Positions 7,464 through 17,500 are shown, counted from the first letter of the stretch. The stretch is DNA of 24,000 nucleotides from Sporichthya brevicatena (GCF_039525035.1 NZ_BAAAHE010000011.1:100270-124269), one strand, 5' to 3'. The notes: a model not told the origin generated them from the letters alone. Translations and numbers: made by a program.

Positions 7464-8635
7464 CGTGGCGGCAGTTCACCGCCCCGCCGGACTGCGACTA
7501 CCTCTGCGCCCACCTGATGGCGGACAGCGTCGTGGTGTTCGCCGTCGACGGTGACGACCTGTTCGTCGCCGCCTCCGGTCCTCGGGACCCGCGCATCGCC
7601 GAGTCGCTGCGCATCCCGCTCGGGTTCGGCATCACGGGGCAGGTCGCCGAGGACGGCCGACCCGTGCGCATCGACCGCGACTCGCCCCGCAACGTCGTGC
7701 ACCGCCGCCTGATCGGGCTGGGGCCGGGCGAATCGGTGTCCCGAATCTGCGCCCCGATTCCCGGTCTGTACGGGGAGATCGTCGGGGTCCTCGCGGCGTA
7801 CCGCAACTGCGCCCGGCCCTTCTCCGAGGAGGAACTGACGCGTGCGACCGAGCTCGCGTCGCCGCTCGGCCTGCGCATGCACACCGAGCAGCTGTGGGTC
7901 GCCGTCGGCCGACACCGCGCGGAACGCGACCGCCTGATCGCGGCCGCAATCTCGGCGCAGGAGGACGAGCGCCGGCGCATCGCGTTCGACCTCCACGACG
8001 GCGTGACGACGGTGCTGGCAACGATGGCCTTCCACCTCAACGCGGCGGATCTCGCGGTGCGTGACCTTCCCCACGCCCAGGCGGCCCGCGCCCAGATCGC
8101 GGCCGCGCAGCAGCTGGCCGACCTCGCCTACCACCAGACGCGATCGGCGATCTCCGGCCTCCACAGCCTGGTCCTCGACGACCTCGGTCTGGTCGCCGCC
8201 CTGGAGTCGCTGATCCAGGGCGCGGCACCGGAGCCCGGGACCGAGGTCGAGCTGCTCGCCGACCCCCCGCAAGTCCTCGGCGACATCCCGTCGCACGCCG
8301 CCGCGGCGCTGTACCGCCTGGCACAGGAGGCGTTGAGCAACGCCGTCCGGCACGCCGAGGCGAAACGCATCGTGCTGTCGCTGCGGCGCTCGGGAGATTC
8401 CCTGGTCCTCGCCTGCACCGACGACGGGCGAGGTTTCGACACGAGCGAGCCGCCCTCGGCCCGGACGACGCCGGACGACCCGGCGCGACACCATTTCGGC
8501 CTGTCGTCGATCGAGCAGCGGGCGGCGCTGCTCGGCGCCGACCTACGGTTGGAGAGCTCGCCGGGTCGCGGCACCCGGGTGATCGTCGAGCTCCCGCTGG
8601 ACGTCACCGACCGCGAAACAGCGTTCGAGTGTTGA
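7460..8635 (+). CDS. Soluble sensor histidine kinase: N-terminal GAF domain + HisKA_3 + HATPase_c
   Basis: The GTG start overlaps the response regulator's stop (GTGA at 7460-7463). I saw no hydrophobic TM segment. The GAF-like N-terminus reads ...FGITGQVAEDGRPVRIDRD...GEIVGVLAAYRN. The H-box is SAQEDERRRIAFDLHDGV (HisKA_3). The ATPase region reads QEALSNAVRHAEAK...TDDGRGFD...HFGLSSIEQRAALLGADLRLESSPGRGTRV. Confidence 0.9.
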   Translation: MTWRQFTAPPDCDYLCAHLMADSVVVFAVDGDDLFVAASGPRDPRIAESLRIPLGFGITGQVAEDGRPVRIDRDSPRNVVHRRLIGLGPGESVSRICAPIPGLYGEIVGVLAAYRNCARPFSEEELTRATELASPLGLRMHTEQLWVAVGRHRAERDRLIAAAISAQEDERRRIAFDLHDGVTTVLATMAFHLNAADLAVRDLPHAQAARAQIAAAQQLADLAYHQTRSAISGLHSLVLDDLGLVAALESLIQGAAPEPGTEVELLADPPQVLGDIPSHAAAALYRLAQEALSNAVRHAEAKRIVLSLRRSGDSLVLACTDDGRGFDTSEPPSARTTPDDPARHHFGLSSIEQRAALLGADLRLESSPGRGTRVIVELPLDVTDRETAFEC

Positions 8636-9719
8636 ACAGCGGGAACTCCGGACGCGCACTCCGGGGCCGGACGCCGCAGGCACGGTCGAGGTGGTAGCCC
8701 TCCACCGCGGCGACCTCGTCGCTTGAGCCGAACACCAACGGCAGACGCTGGTGCAGGGCGGTCGGACTGATGTCGAGGACGCGACCACGCCCGGTGCTCG
8801 CGCACCCTCCCGCCTGCTCGATGACAAACGCGATCGGGTTGCACTCGTACAGCAGCCGCAGCCGTCCCGCCCGCGTCCCGGACCGGCTGTCGGCCGGGTA
8901 GAGGAACACCCCGCCCCGGGTGAGGATCCGGAACGCCTCCGCCACCAGCGAGGCCACCCAGCGCATGTTGTAGTCCTGGCCGCGTGGCCCCGCGCGGCCG
9001 GCGAGGCAGTCGGAGATGAAGTCACGAACGGGCGCCGGCCAGAAGCGCTCGTTCGACACGTTCACCGCGAACTCCGAGGCCGACTCGGGCACCCGCAAAT
9101 GCGGATGGGTCCGCACCAGCACACCGGTGGTGCGGTCGAGCGTGAAGGCCACCGCACCCGCGGCGGTCGCGAGGACGAGCACCGTCGCCGGGCCGTAGAG
9201 CGCGAAGCCGGCGCACACCTGGTCCCGGCCCGGTTGCAGGAACTCGGTGAGGTCCACCTCCGCGCCGGTGCCGGTACGCCGCAGCACCGAGAAGATCGTC
9301 CCCACCGGGATGTTGACGTCGAGGTTGCTCGACCCGTCGAGCGGGTCGACCGCCACCAGGTAGGGCCCACGGGCGTCGGGGAACACCTGCGGCTGCGCGA
9401 GCTCCTCCGACACCACCGCCGCGACCGCGGGCACGTCGCGCAACGCGGTCAGGACGACGTCGTTGCTCAGCACGTCGAGGGGCTTCTGCACCTCGCCCTG
9501 GACGTTGAGCTCCCCCGCGTCGACCGCGGCCGCGGCGAGGCGCCCCGCGCCGACGTGGTCGGCGATCCGCAGGACAGCCTCCCCGAAGGCCCGGATCACG
9601 TCGCCGAGGTCACCGCTGGGGTCGAGGGACCGGATCACGTGGCCGTCGGCGTACTGCTCGAGCGAGACGCGCGCCGCCGCCGAGGACCGCTCGACGACCC
9701 CCGCCACCGACTCACGCAT
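8604..9719 (-). CDS. fbp: Class 1 fructose-1,6-bisphosphatase (likely FBPase/SBPase of the CBB cycle)
   Basis: The protein has the motifs NVQGEVQKPLDVLSND, AVDPLDGSSNLDVNIPVGTIFS, YGPATVLV, MRWVASLVAEAFRIL and GGVFLYPAD...GRLRLLYECNPIAFVIEQAGG. I trimmed the track ORF to the ATG at complement 9719-9717, which overlaps the fba stop (ATGCGTGA). Confidence 0.9.
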   Translation of the reverse strand: MRESVAGVVERSSAAARVSLEQYADGHVIRSLDPSGDLGDVIRAFGEAVLRIADHVGAGRLAAAAVDAGELNVQGEVQKPLDVLSNDVVLTALRDVPAVAAVVSEELAQPQVFPDARGPYLVAVDPLDGSSNLDVNIPVGTIFSVLRRTGTGAEVDLTEFLQPGRDQVCAGFALYGPATVLVLATAAGAVAFTLDRTTGVLVRTHPHLRVPESASEFAVNVSNERFWPAPVRDFISDCLAGRAGPRGQDYNMRWVASLVAEAFRILTRGGVFLYPADSRSGTRAGRLRLLYECNPIAFVIEQAGGCASTGRGRVLDISPTALHQRLPLVFGSSDEVAAVEGYHLDRACGVRPRSARPEFPLFNTRTLFRGR

Positions 9720-10725
9720 GAGCGCCCACGACCGCTCGACGCGCCGCGGCCGCGGCGGCCCGTGCACAGTTCTCCGCCAGCCGGTTCTGAGCTCCCGTCA
9801 CGGCGTTCGGGTTGCCCCGCCAGGTACGGAGCGCGTCGTCGACGAGCGCACGTCCGAACGAGAAGGTCAGCGCCCACGGCGCCGCCTGGTCCTCGCCCGC
9901 CAGCCGGTTGACGGCGGCGAGGTTCGCGCAGGCCTGGGCGTTCGACTGGCCGCCGGAGAGGAACGCGACGCCGGGCACCGCGGAGGGCAGCTGGGCGCGC
10001 AGCACCTTGAGCGTGCGCCGCGCGACCTCCTCCGGCGGGCTCGGGACGGGGCAGGCGTCTCCCGCCACGACCATGTTCGGCTTGAGCACGATGCCGGCCG
10101 GGTCGACGCCGAGAAGGTCGAGTTGGTCGAAGACCTCGCCGAGCACCTTGTGGGTCACCGCCTGGCAGACCTCGATCTCGTGGCGGCCGGTCATCAGGAC
10201 CTCGGGCTCCACGATCGGCACGAGGCCCGCCTCCTGACACAGCGCGGCGTAGCGCGCGAGCGCGTGCGCGTTCGCCTTGACGATGCGCTTGGTCGCCCGC
10301 GACACCTCGAGAACGGCCCGCCACTTGGCGAAGGTCGCGCCCATCTCCCGGTACTCGGCCAGCCGGCCGCCGAGGCCGTCCAGACCCTGGGTCACGACGC
10401 CCCCACCCGAGAACGGCAGGGGCACCGTGCCGGTGTCGACCTTGATGCCGAGTTCGATCTCGCGTTCCCGCGCCGCTACGACGAACGGGGTCCCGTCGGC
10501 CAGCGACTGGCGAAGGGTCTCGTCACAGAGGATCATCCCGGAGACCCAGGTCGATAGCCGAGGGGTCGTCAGCAGCAGTTCGCGGTAGTCCCGCCGCACC
10601 TGCTCCGACGCCGGAACTCCGGCCGCCTCCAGCCGCTTCGACATCGTCCCGATGCTCTCGTCGGCGGCGAGAATTCCGTGCCCGGGCCGCACCAACCGGC
10701 GCGCCGTCGTGGCGAGTTCGTGCAT
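9712..10725 (-). CDS. fba: Class I (Schiff-base, eukaryote-type) fructose-bisphosphate aldolase
   Basis: The protein is near-collinear with animal and plant class I aldolase motifs: GILAADESIGTMSKRL, GIKVDTGTVPL, TQGLDGL, FAKWRAVL, LVPIVEPEVL, VLKPNMVV (Schiff-base Lys context), FLSGGQS and PWALTFSFGRAL. The start is the ATG at complement 10725-10723, with GGGAGG 6 nt upstream. Confidence 0.9.
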   Translation of the reverse strand: MHELATTARRLVRPGHGILAADESIGTMSKRLEAAGVPASEQVRRDYRELLLTTPRLSTWVSGMILCDETLRQSLADGTPFVVAAREREIELGIKVDTGTVPLPFSGGGVVTQGLDGLGGRLAEYREMGATFAKWRAVLEVSRATKRIVKANAHALARYAALCQEAGLVPIVEPEVLMTGRHEIEVCQAVTHKVLGEVFDQLDLLGVDPAGIVLKPNMVVAGDACPVPSPPEEVARRTLKVLRAQLPSAVPGVAFLSGGQSNAQACANLAAVNRLAGEDQAAPWALTFSFGRALVDDALRTWRGNPNAVTGAQNRLAENCARAAAAAARRAVVGAHA

Positions 10726-10811
10726 GTGTGGCCTCCCTGCGCTCCGCGCGCCGTCTCGTCCCACCGAGCCTGCGGTTCATCGCCCGGCGGGCACATCACC
10801 CTGCGGGGGAA

Positions 10812-12371
<1,560 letters not shown>

Positions 12372-12382
12372 GGAGCTCAGCA

Positions 12383-12775
12383 GTGCGCATCACCCAGGGG
12401 ACCTTCTCCTTCCTTCCCGACCTCACCGACGACGAGATCGCCGCCCAGATTCAGTACTGCCTGGATCACGGCTGGCCCCTGTCGATCGAGTTCACCGACG
12501 ACCCGCACCCCCGCAACACCTACTGGGAGATGTGGGGTCTGCCGATGTTCGATCTCGTCGACCCCGCGGGCGTTCTGCTGGAGATCAACGCCTGCCGGCA
12601 GGCACGGCCCGACTGCTACATCCGCGTGAACGCGTACGACGCGAGTCTCGGGCGCCAGACGACCGCGCTGTCGATCCTCGTCCAGCGACCGGCGGACGAG
12701 ACCGGGTTCCGGCTGATCCGGCAGGAGAGCTCCGACCGTCGGATCAGCTACACCACCGAACGCCTCGCGCGATGA
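12383..12775 (+). CDS. cbbS: RuBisCO small subunit, red-type
   Basis: The GTG at 12383 has GAGGAG 7 nt upstream. The protein reads (V/M)[56 protein letters not shown]..., which matches the red-type CbbS N-terminus ([15 protein letters not shown]). It is in frame within track ORF 11864..12775. Confidence 0.95.
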   Translation: MRITQGTFSFLPDLTDDEIAAQIQYCLDHGWPLSIEFTDDPHPRNTYWEMWGLPMFDLVDPAGVLLEINACRQARPDCYIRVNAYDASLGRQTTALSILVQRPADETGFRLIRQESSDRRISYTTERLAR

Positions 12776-13695
12776 CCGAGGAGCTGCTGCCCGCCGACGC
12801 CGTCGTCGACCTGGCCGCGGCGCGGCGGGACGCCGGGATCGACGCGGTCCTGGCGCAGCTCGACACCGAGCTGGTCGGACTGGCCCCGGTGAAGCAACGG
12901 ATCCGCGAGATCGCCGCGCTGCTGCTCGTCGACCGCACGCGCGCCCAGTTCGGCATCACGACGGCCAAACCGAACCTGCACATGTGCTTCACCGGCAACC
13001 CCGGCACCGGGAAGACCACCGTCGCGCTGCGGATGGCCGACCTGCTCCACCGGCTCGGCTACCTCCGCCGCGGCCACCTGGTCAGCGTCACCCGCGACGA
13101 CCTGGTCGGGGAGTACGTCGGGCACACCGCACCGAAGACCAAGGACGTCATCAAGCGCGCCATGGGCGGGGTGCTCTTCATCGACGAGGCGTACTACCTC
13201 TACAAGGTCGGCAACGAGCGGGACTACGGCGCGGAGTCGATCGAGATCCTGCTCCAGGTCATGGAGAACCACCGGGACGACCTCGTCGTCGTTCTCGCCG
13301 GGTACGCCGACAAGATGGACACCTTCTTCGCGGCCAACCCCGGGATGCAGAGCCGGATCGCCCACCACGTGACCTTCCCGGACTACACCGTCGACGAGCT
13401 CCGGCAGATCGCCCATCTGATGGTTGATCAGCTGGGCTACCGGTTCTCCCCCGAAGCCGAGGACGCCCTCACCCGCTACCTCGACCGCCGGGTCGGGCAG
13501 CCGTGGTTCGCCAACGCGCGCAGCGTCCGCAACGCCGTCGAGCGTGCACGACTGCGGCAGGCGCAGCGCCTCGTGGAGGGCGAGAACACTATGGTGACCC
13601 TGGACACGCTGACGACGATTCGGCCCGAGGACATCCTGGCCAGCCGCGTCTTCAGCGAGGCCGCCGAGGCGGGCAGAACCGTCCGCTCGGCCTGA
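12772..13695 (+). CDS. cbbX: CbbX, AAA+ red-type RuBisCO activase
   Basis: The ATG overlaps the cbbS stop (ATGA at 12772-12775). The protein has [22 protein letters not shown], Walker [14 protein letters not shown], Walker [12 protein letters not shown], and LAGY...[24 protein letters not shown]. Confidence 0.92.
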   Translation: MTEELLPADAVVDLAAARRDAGIDAVLAQLDTELVGLAPVKQRIREIAALLLVDRTRAQFGITTAKPNLHMCFTGNPGTGKTTVALRMADLLHRLGYLRRGHLVSVTRDDLVGEYVGHTAPKTKDVIKRAMGGVLFIDEAYYLYKVGNERDYGAESIEILLQVMENHRDDLVVVLAGYADKMDTFFAANPGMQSRIAHHVTFPDYTVDELRQIAHLMVDQLGYRFSPEAEDALTRYLDRRVGQPWFANARSVRNAVERARLRQAQRLVEGENTMVTLDTLTTIRPEDILASRVFSEAAEAGRTVRSA

Positions 13696-13717
13696 CGGCG
13701 AACGGCCAGGAGCGACG

Positions 13718-14593
13718 ATGGCGACGAACTCACGCCTCCGCGTCCTGGTCGAACTGGCGGCGGCCGGCTCGGTGCGGGGCGCCGCCGCGCGCCTGTTCGT
13801 CACCGAGTCCTCGGTGTCGTCCTCCCTCAGCGCGCTCAGCGCCGAGGTAGGCGTGCCCCTGGTGGAGCGGATCGGCCGCGGTGTCCGGCTGACCCCGGCG
13901 GGCGAGCGCTACGTCGCCTACGCCCAGCGCATCCTCAACCTCCACGACGAGGCCGTCCTGGCCGCTCGCGGCGAGGCCGACCCCGAGCACGGTTCGGTCC
14001 GGATCGCCGCGGTCACCACCGCGGGCGAACTGCTCATCCCCGCCCTGCTCGCATCGTTCCGCCGGAAGTACCCGGGCGTGGTGCTCCACGTCGACGTCGC
14101 CCCCCGCGGCCGCGTGTGGCCGATCCTGACACGGCACGAGGCGGATCTCGTCGTGGCCGGGCGACCACCTGCGAGCGTGAACGACGTCCGGGTGTGCGCC
14201 ACCAGCCCCAACACCCTCGTCGTGGTCGGTGCGCCCGGCACCCCGGGCGATCTCGCCACCGTCACCTGGTTGCTGCGGGAACCGGAGTCCGGGGTCCGGG
14301 CGACCTGCCTCGCCCTGCTCGGACGGCTGGAGATCACGCCGCCGCTCATGACCCTCGGCTCGCACGGCGCCGTCGTCGCCGCGGCCGTCGCCGGTCTCGG
14401 CGTCACGATGGTGTCGCGTCAGGCCGTGGAGTCCGAACTCGAGGCCGGGACACTGATCGAGATCGCGGTCCCGGGCACTCCGATGGACCGCCCGTGGAAC
14501 GCGGTGACGCAGATCAGTCCCACCGCACCGACCCGGCTGCTGGTCGAGCACCTGCTCGCCGACACGCACCTCGGCTGGGCGCCGGCGGACTGA
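13718..14593 (+). CDS. cbbR: LysR-family transcriptional regulator (putative CbbR by context)
   Basis: The N-terminal wHTH reads LRVLVELAAAGSVRGAAARLFVTESSVSSSLSALSAEVGVPLVERIGRGVRLTPAGE, followed by a LysR substrate-binding-type C-terminus. AGGAG lies 5 nt upstream of the ATG. The gene starts only 22 nt after the cbbX stop. The CbbR identity is contextual and not shown by sequence alone. Confidence 0.8.
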   Translation: MATNSRLRVLVELAAAGSVRGAAARLFVTESSVSSSLSALSAEVGVPLVERIGRGVRLTPAGERYVAYAQRILNLHDEAVLAARGEADPEHGSVRIAAVTTAGELLIPALLASFRRKYPGVVLHVDVAPRGRVWPILTRHEADLVVAGRPPASVNDVRVCATSPNTLVVVGAPGTPGDLATVTWLLREPESGVRATCLALLGRLEITPPLMTLGSHGAVVAAAVAGLGVTMVSRQAVESELEAGTLIEIAVPGTPMDRPWNAVTQISPTAPTRLLVEHLLADTHLGWAPAD

Positions 14594-14684
14594 CCACCCC
14601 CACGCTCCTCCGCGCGGGTGATGGCAGGACGTCGCCCGCACCGCAGGCTGTGATCAGAGCCCGCGTCAGGTGAGGAGCGAAGTC

Positions 14685-15572
14685 ATGTCACGTCAGCACC
14701 CGATCATCTCGGTCACGGGATCGTCCGGTGCCGGCACGACCTCCGTGATGCGCACGTTCGAGCAGATCTTCCGCCGGGAGCGCATCACCGCCGCGTTCGT
14801 CGAGGGCGACAGCTTCCACCGTTACGACCGCGCGGAGATGCGCGCGGCGATGGCCGAGGCGGCCCGCCGCGGCGACCACTCGTTCAGCCACTTCGGACCC
14901 GAGGCCAACCTCCTGGACGAGCTCGAGGAGCTGTTCCGCGCGTACGGCGAAACCGGGACGGGCCGCGTCCGCCGCTATCTCCACGACGAGGCGGAGGCGG
15001 CGGTGTACGGCCAGGCCCCCGGGACCTTCACGCCCTGGGAGATGCTCCCGACGGACAGCGACCTGCTCTTCTACGAGGGCTTGCACGGCGCCGTCCTCAC
15101 CGACACGGTCGACGTCGCGCGCCACGCGGACCTGAAGATCGGCGTGGTGCCGGCGATCAACCTCGAGTGGATTCAGAAGCTCCATCGCGACAAGCAGGAG
15201 CGCGGGTACTCGACCGAGGCCGTCACCGAGACGATCCTGCGGCGCATGCCGGACTACGTGAACTACATGTGCCCGCAGTTCTCACGCACCGACGTGAACT
15301 TCCACCGGGTTCCCGTGGTCGACACGTCGAACCCCTTCATCGCGCGCACGATCCCGACGGCGGACGAGTCCATGCTGGTGATCCGGTTCCGCGACCCGCA
15401 CGGCATCGACTTCCCCTACCTGATCGCGATGCTGCACGGCTCGTTCATGTCGCGGCCGAACACGATCGTCTGTCCGGGCGGGAAGATCGACCTCGCCATG
15501 CAGCTGATCTTCACGCCGATGGTGCTCCGCCTGATGGAGAACCGGCACACCGAGCTCGCCGTCGCCGGCTGA
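14685..15572 (+). CDS. prk: Phosphoribulokinase
   Basis: The protein starts MSRQHPIISVTGSSGAGTTSV (P-loop). It also has FVEGDSFHRYDR, LFYEGLHG, NLEWIQKLHRDK..RGYS and PDYVNYMCPQFSRTDVNF. The ATG at 14685 has GAGGAG 7 nt upstream, so I trimmed the track ORF 14670. Confidence 0.95.
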   Translation: MSRQHPIISVTGSSGAGTTSVMRTFEQIFRRERITAAFVEGDSFHRYDRAEMRAAMAEAARRGDHSFSHFGPEANLLDELEELFRAYGETGTGRVRRYLHDEAEAAVYGQAPGTFTPWEMLPTDSDLLFYEGLHGAVLTDTVDVARHADLKIGVVPAINLEWIQKLHRDKQERGYSTEAVTETILRRMPDYVNYMCPQFSRTDVNFHRVPVVDTSNPFIARTIPTADESMLVIRFRDPHGIDFPYLIAMLHGSFMSRPNTIVCPGGKIDLAMQLIFTPMVLRLMENRHTELAVAG

Positions 15573-15614
15573 CGCTCCTCGACCCCACCCGACCCGAGCA
15601 AGGAGAGCTCTGCC

Positions 15615-16298
15615 GTGCCCGAGATCGCACCGACGCTCGTCGCGTCAGTCCTGCCCGCGAACTTCGCCGAACTCGGCGACCAGGTCGTCGCGATCGAGCA
15701 GGCCGGGATCGACCGGATCCAGTGGGACGTGATGGACGGCCGGTTCGTCCCGAACCTGACGTTCGGGCCGGACGTGATCGCCGCGTGCCGGGACCGCGTC
15801 ACGATGGGCTTCGAGGCCCACCTGATGGTGGAGCACCCCGACCCGATGCTGTCGCGCTGGGTCGAGGCCGGCTGCGGCATCGTCATCGTGCACGCCGAGG
15901 CCTGCCGGCATCTGCACCGCACGCTGTCGACGATCCGCGAGCTCGGGGCGAGGCCGGGCGTCGCGCTCAACCCCGCAACGGGCCTCGAGACCGTCGAGCA
16001 CGTGCTCGACCTGGTCGACCTGCTGCTGATCATGACTGTGAACCCGGGGTTCGGCGGGCAGGCCTACCTGGCCTCGATGGAGCCGAAGATCGCCGCCGCC
16101 CGCGCCGAGATCGACCGGCGCGGGCTCGACATCGAACTGGAGGTGGACGGCGGTATCGGGCCGGCGACGATCGCCGCGGCCGCCCGGGCCGGGGCTCGCG
16201 TGTTCTGCGCAGGCTCCGCCCTGTTCGCGGGCAACTCCCTGGCCGACCGCGCCGCGGAACTGCGCCGGGCGGCGACGGCGCTCCCCCTCGCTGTGTGA
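15615..16298 (+). CDS. rpe: Ribulose-phosphate 3-epimerase
   Basis: The protein has IQWDVMDGRFVPNLTFGP, FEAHLMV, LIMTVNPGFGGQ and LEVDGGI. The GTG start at 15615 has AGGAG 9 nt upstream. Confidence 0.93.
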   Translation: MPEIAPTLVASVLPANFAELGDQVVAIEQAGIDRIQWDVMDGRFVPNLTFGPDVIAACRDRVTMGFEAHLMVEHPDPMLSRWVEAGCGIVIVHAEACRHLHRTLSTIRELGARPGVALNPATGLETVEHVLDLVDLLLIMTVNPGFGGQAYLASMEPKIAAARAEIDRRGLDIELEVDGGIGPATIAAAARAGARVFCAGSALFAGNSLADRAAELRRAATALPLAV

Positions 16299-16428
16299 GG
16301 GGGAGCCGTCGCGCGGGCGGGTCGGCCGCGCTGCCCGCTGGGGGGAGAACGATCCACCCCCTTGTTCACCCACTGGTGTGAGGACCCGTCAGACAGTCGG
16401 GGATCACGCTGATGCCGGGAGGATAACA

Positions 16429-16647
16429 ATGAACGAGACTTCGGACCTCAGTGCGTGGATCATCGTCTTCTCCGGCTCACTTGCTTGCGTTGCCCTGGCC
16501 ATGGCGTGGGCCGTCGGTGCCGTGGGGGCCCGTCGACCCCGGGCTCATCGGCACCTGACCGGGCGGCCGGCGGTGCCCTACTGGCACTCGCCGACCGGCC
16601 TGCAGGACGAGCGGGGTATCACGCCCCTGCCCGACCGCCGGAGCTAG
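16429..16647 (+). CDS. Putative small single-pass membrane protein (72 aa), unknown function
   Basis: The ATG at 16429 is preceded by GGGAGGA at 5-nt spacing. One hydrophobic segment, AWIIVFSGSLACVALAMAWAVGAV, is followed by a basic patch, GARRPRAHRH. Against a real gene, its codon usage has noticeably more A/T-ending codons (act, agt, tca, ctt, gct, gtt, ggt, cgt, cga, cat) than neighbouring genes. Confidence 0.4.
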   Translation: MNETSDLSAWIIVFSGSLACVALAMAWAVGAVGARRPRAHRHLTGRPAVPYWHSPTGLQDERGITPLPDRRS

Positions 16648-16651
16648 TTCC

Positions 16652-17500
16652 TCAGGCCGGACAGCGGGCCGGGATCCGCAACAGCTCCGGGTCGAACCGG
16701 GCCCGGAGCTCGGTGGAGGCGGCCGCCGCGCGGACGATCATCACCGCGTCGTCGGGGCGGTCCTTCACGTCGACCGCCGCGCTGTCCGGGCCGTCCCGGT
16801 GGGCCATGAGCCAGTCGTAGAGCATCCAGTCGAGCGCACTCGCCGCGGTCATCGCGTCGAGGTCGTCCGTGGGGAGCGCCGCGAGCACCTCGCCGATCGC
16901 CGCGCGGTGCTCGTCGCGGGCGGCGTCCTTCTGCACTCCCGAGCTGTCGAACAGGAGCATCGACAGCGTCGCCGGCAGGCGGCGGCCGTCCTCGGTGCGC
17001 ACGACCCAGCGCGCGCCGCGCCAGGGCCGGTCGCCGTCGACCCACACCAGGTCGCCGTACCCGGCGACGACACCGATCCCGGGCTCGTCGAGCTCACCCT
17101 CGAACGGGGCCGGCCCGAGCAGCGACAGCGGGCGACGGGCCATCACGCTCATGAGGAACGCCGTCCCGAGAATCTGGCCCGCTCGGGTCGAGATCACCGC
17201 TCCCATCGACTCGACGGCCGCGTGGTACTCCCAGCTGAGCCGGTCCATCGCGCGGTGCAGCTCGCGCAGCCCGGTGCGTTCGGCGTCGTCCGCCGGGCCA
17301 CGGCCGCCGCCGAGGATCTCGCCGAAACGCCCGGCGGCGATGATGAGCGCGTCGTCCAACGCCTCCAGGTGGGTCGGCAGCAGGCGGCGGGGCTCGTCGT
17401 CGGTCTTCACCAACGCGTCGAGCCGGACCGGCACACCGGTCGGGGTGGACCAGTGGAACCCGATCTGGCCCTCGTCCTGCACGATCACCGGCCGCGTCAC
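16652..17500 (-). CDS. Hypothetical protein (282 aa), last gene of the hyp operon ('X4')
   Basis: The GTG start (complement 17500-17498) overlaps the stop of the upstream gene (GTGA). The protein starts VTRPVIVQDEGQIGFHWSTP... Its composition is globular and it has no motif I recognise. I trimmed the track ORF 16652..17587. Confidence 0.65.
   Translation of the reverse strand: MTRPVIVQDEGQIGFHWSTPTGVPVRLDALVKTDDEPRRLLPTHLEALDDALIIAAGRFGEILGGGRGPADDAERTGLRELHRAMDRLSWEYHAAVESMGAVISTRAGQILGTAFLMSVMARRPLSLLGPAPFEGELDEPGIGVVAGYGDLVWVDGDRPWRGARWVVRTEDGRRLPATLSMLLFDSSGVQKDAARDEHRAAIGEVLAALPTDDLDAMTAASALDWMLYDWLMAHRDGPDSAAVDVKDRPDDAVMIVRAAAASTELRARFDPELLRIPARCPA

Noticed and set aside
16299-16370. 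A possible rho-independent terminator after rpe (GCGGGC...GCCCGC and GGGGG-N11-CCCCC-TTGTT)
   Set aside because: The stems are short (5-6 bp) with large loops, and there is no proper U-tract. The support is not strong enough to call a terminator.
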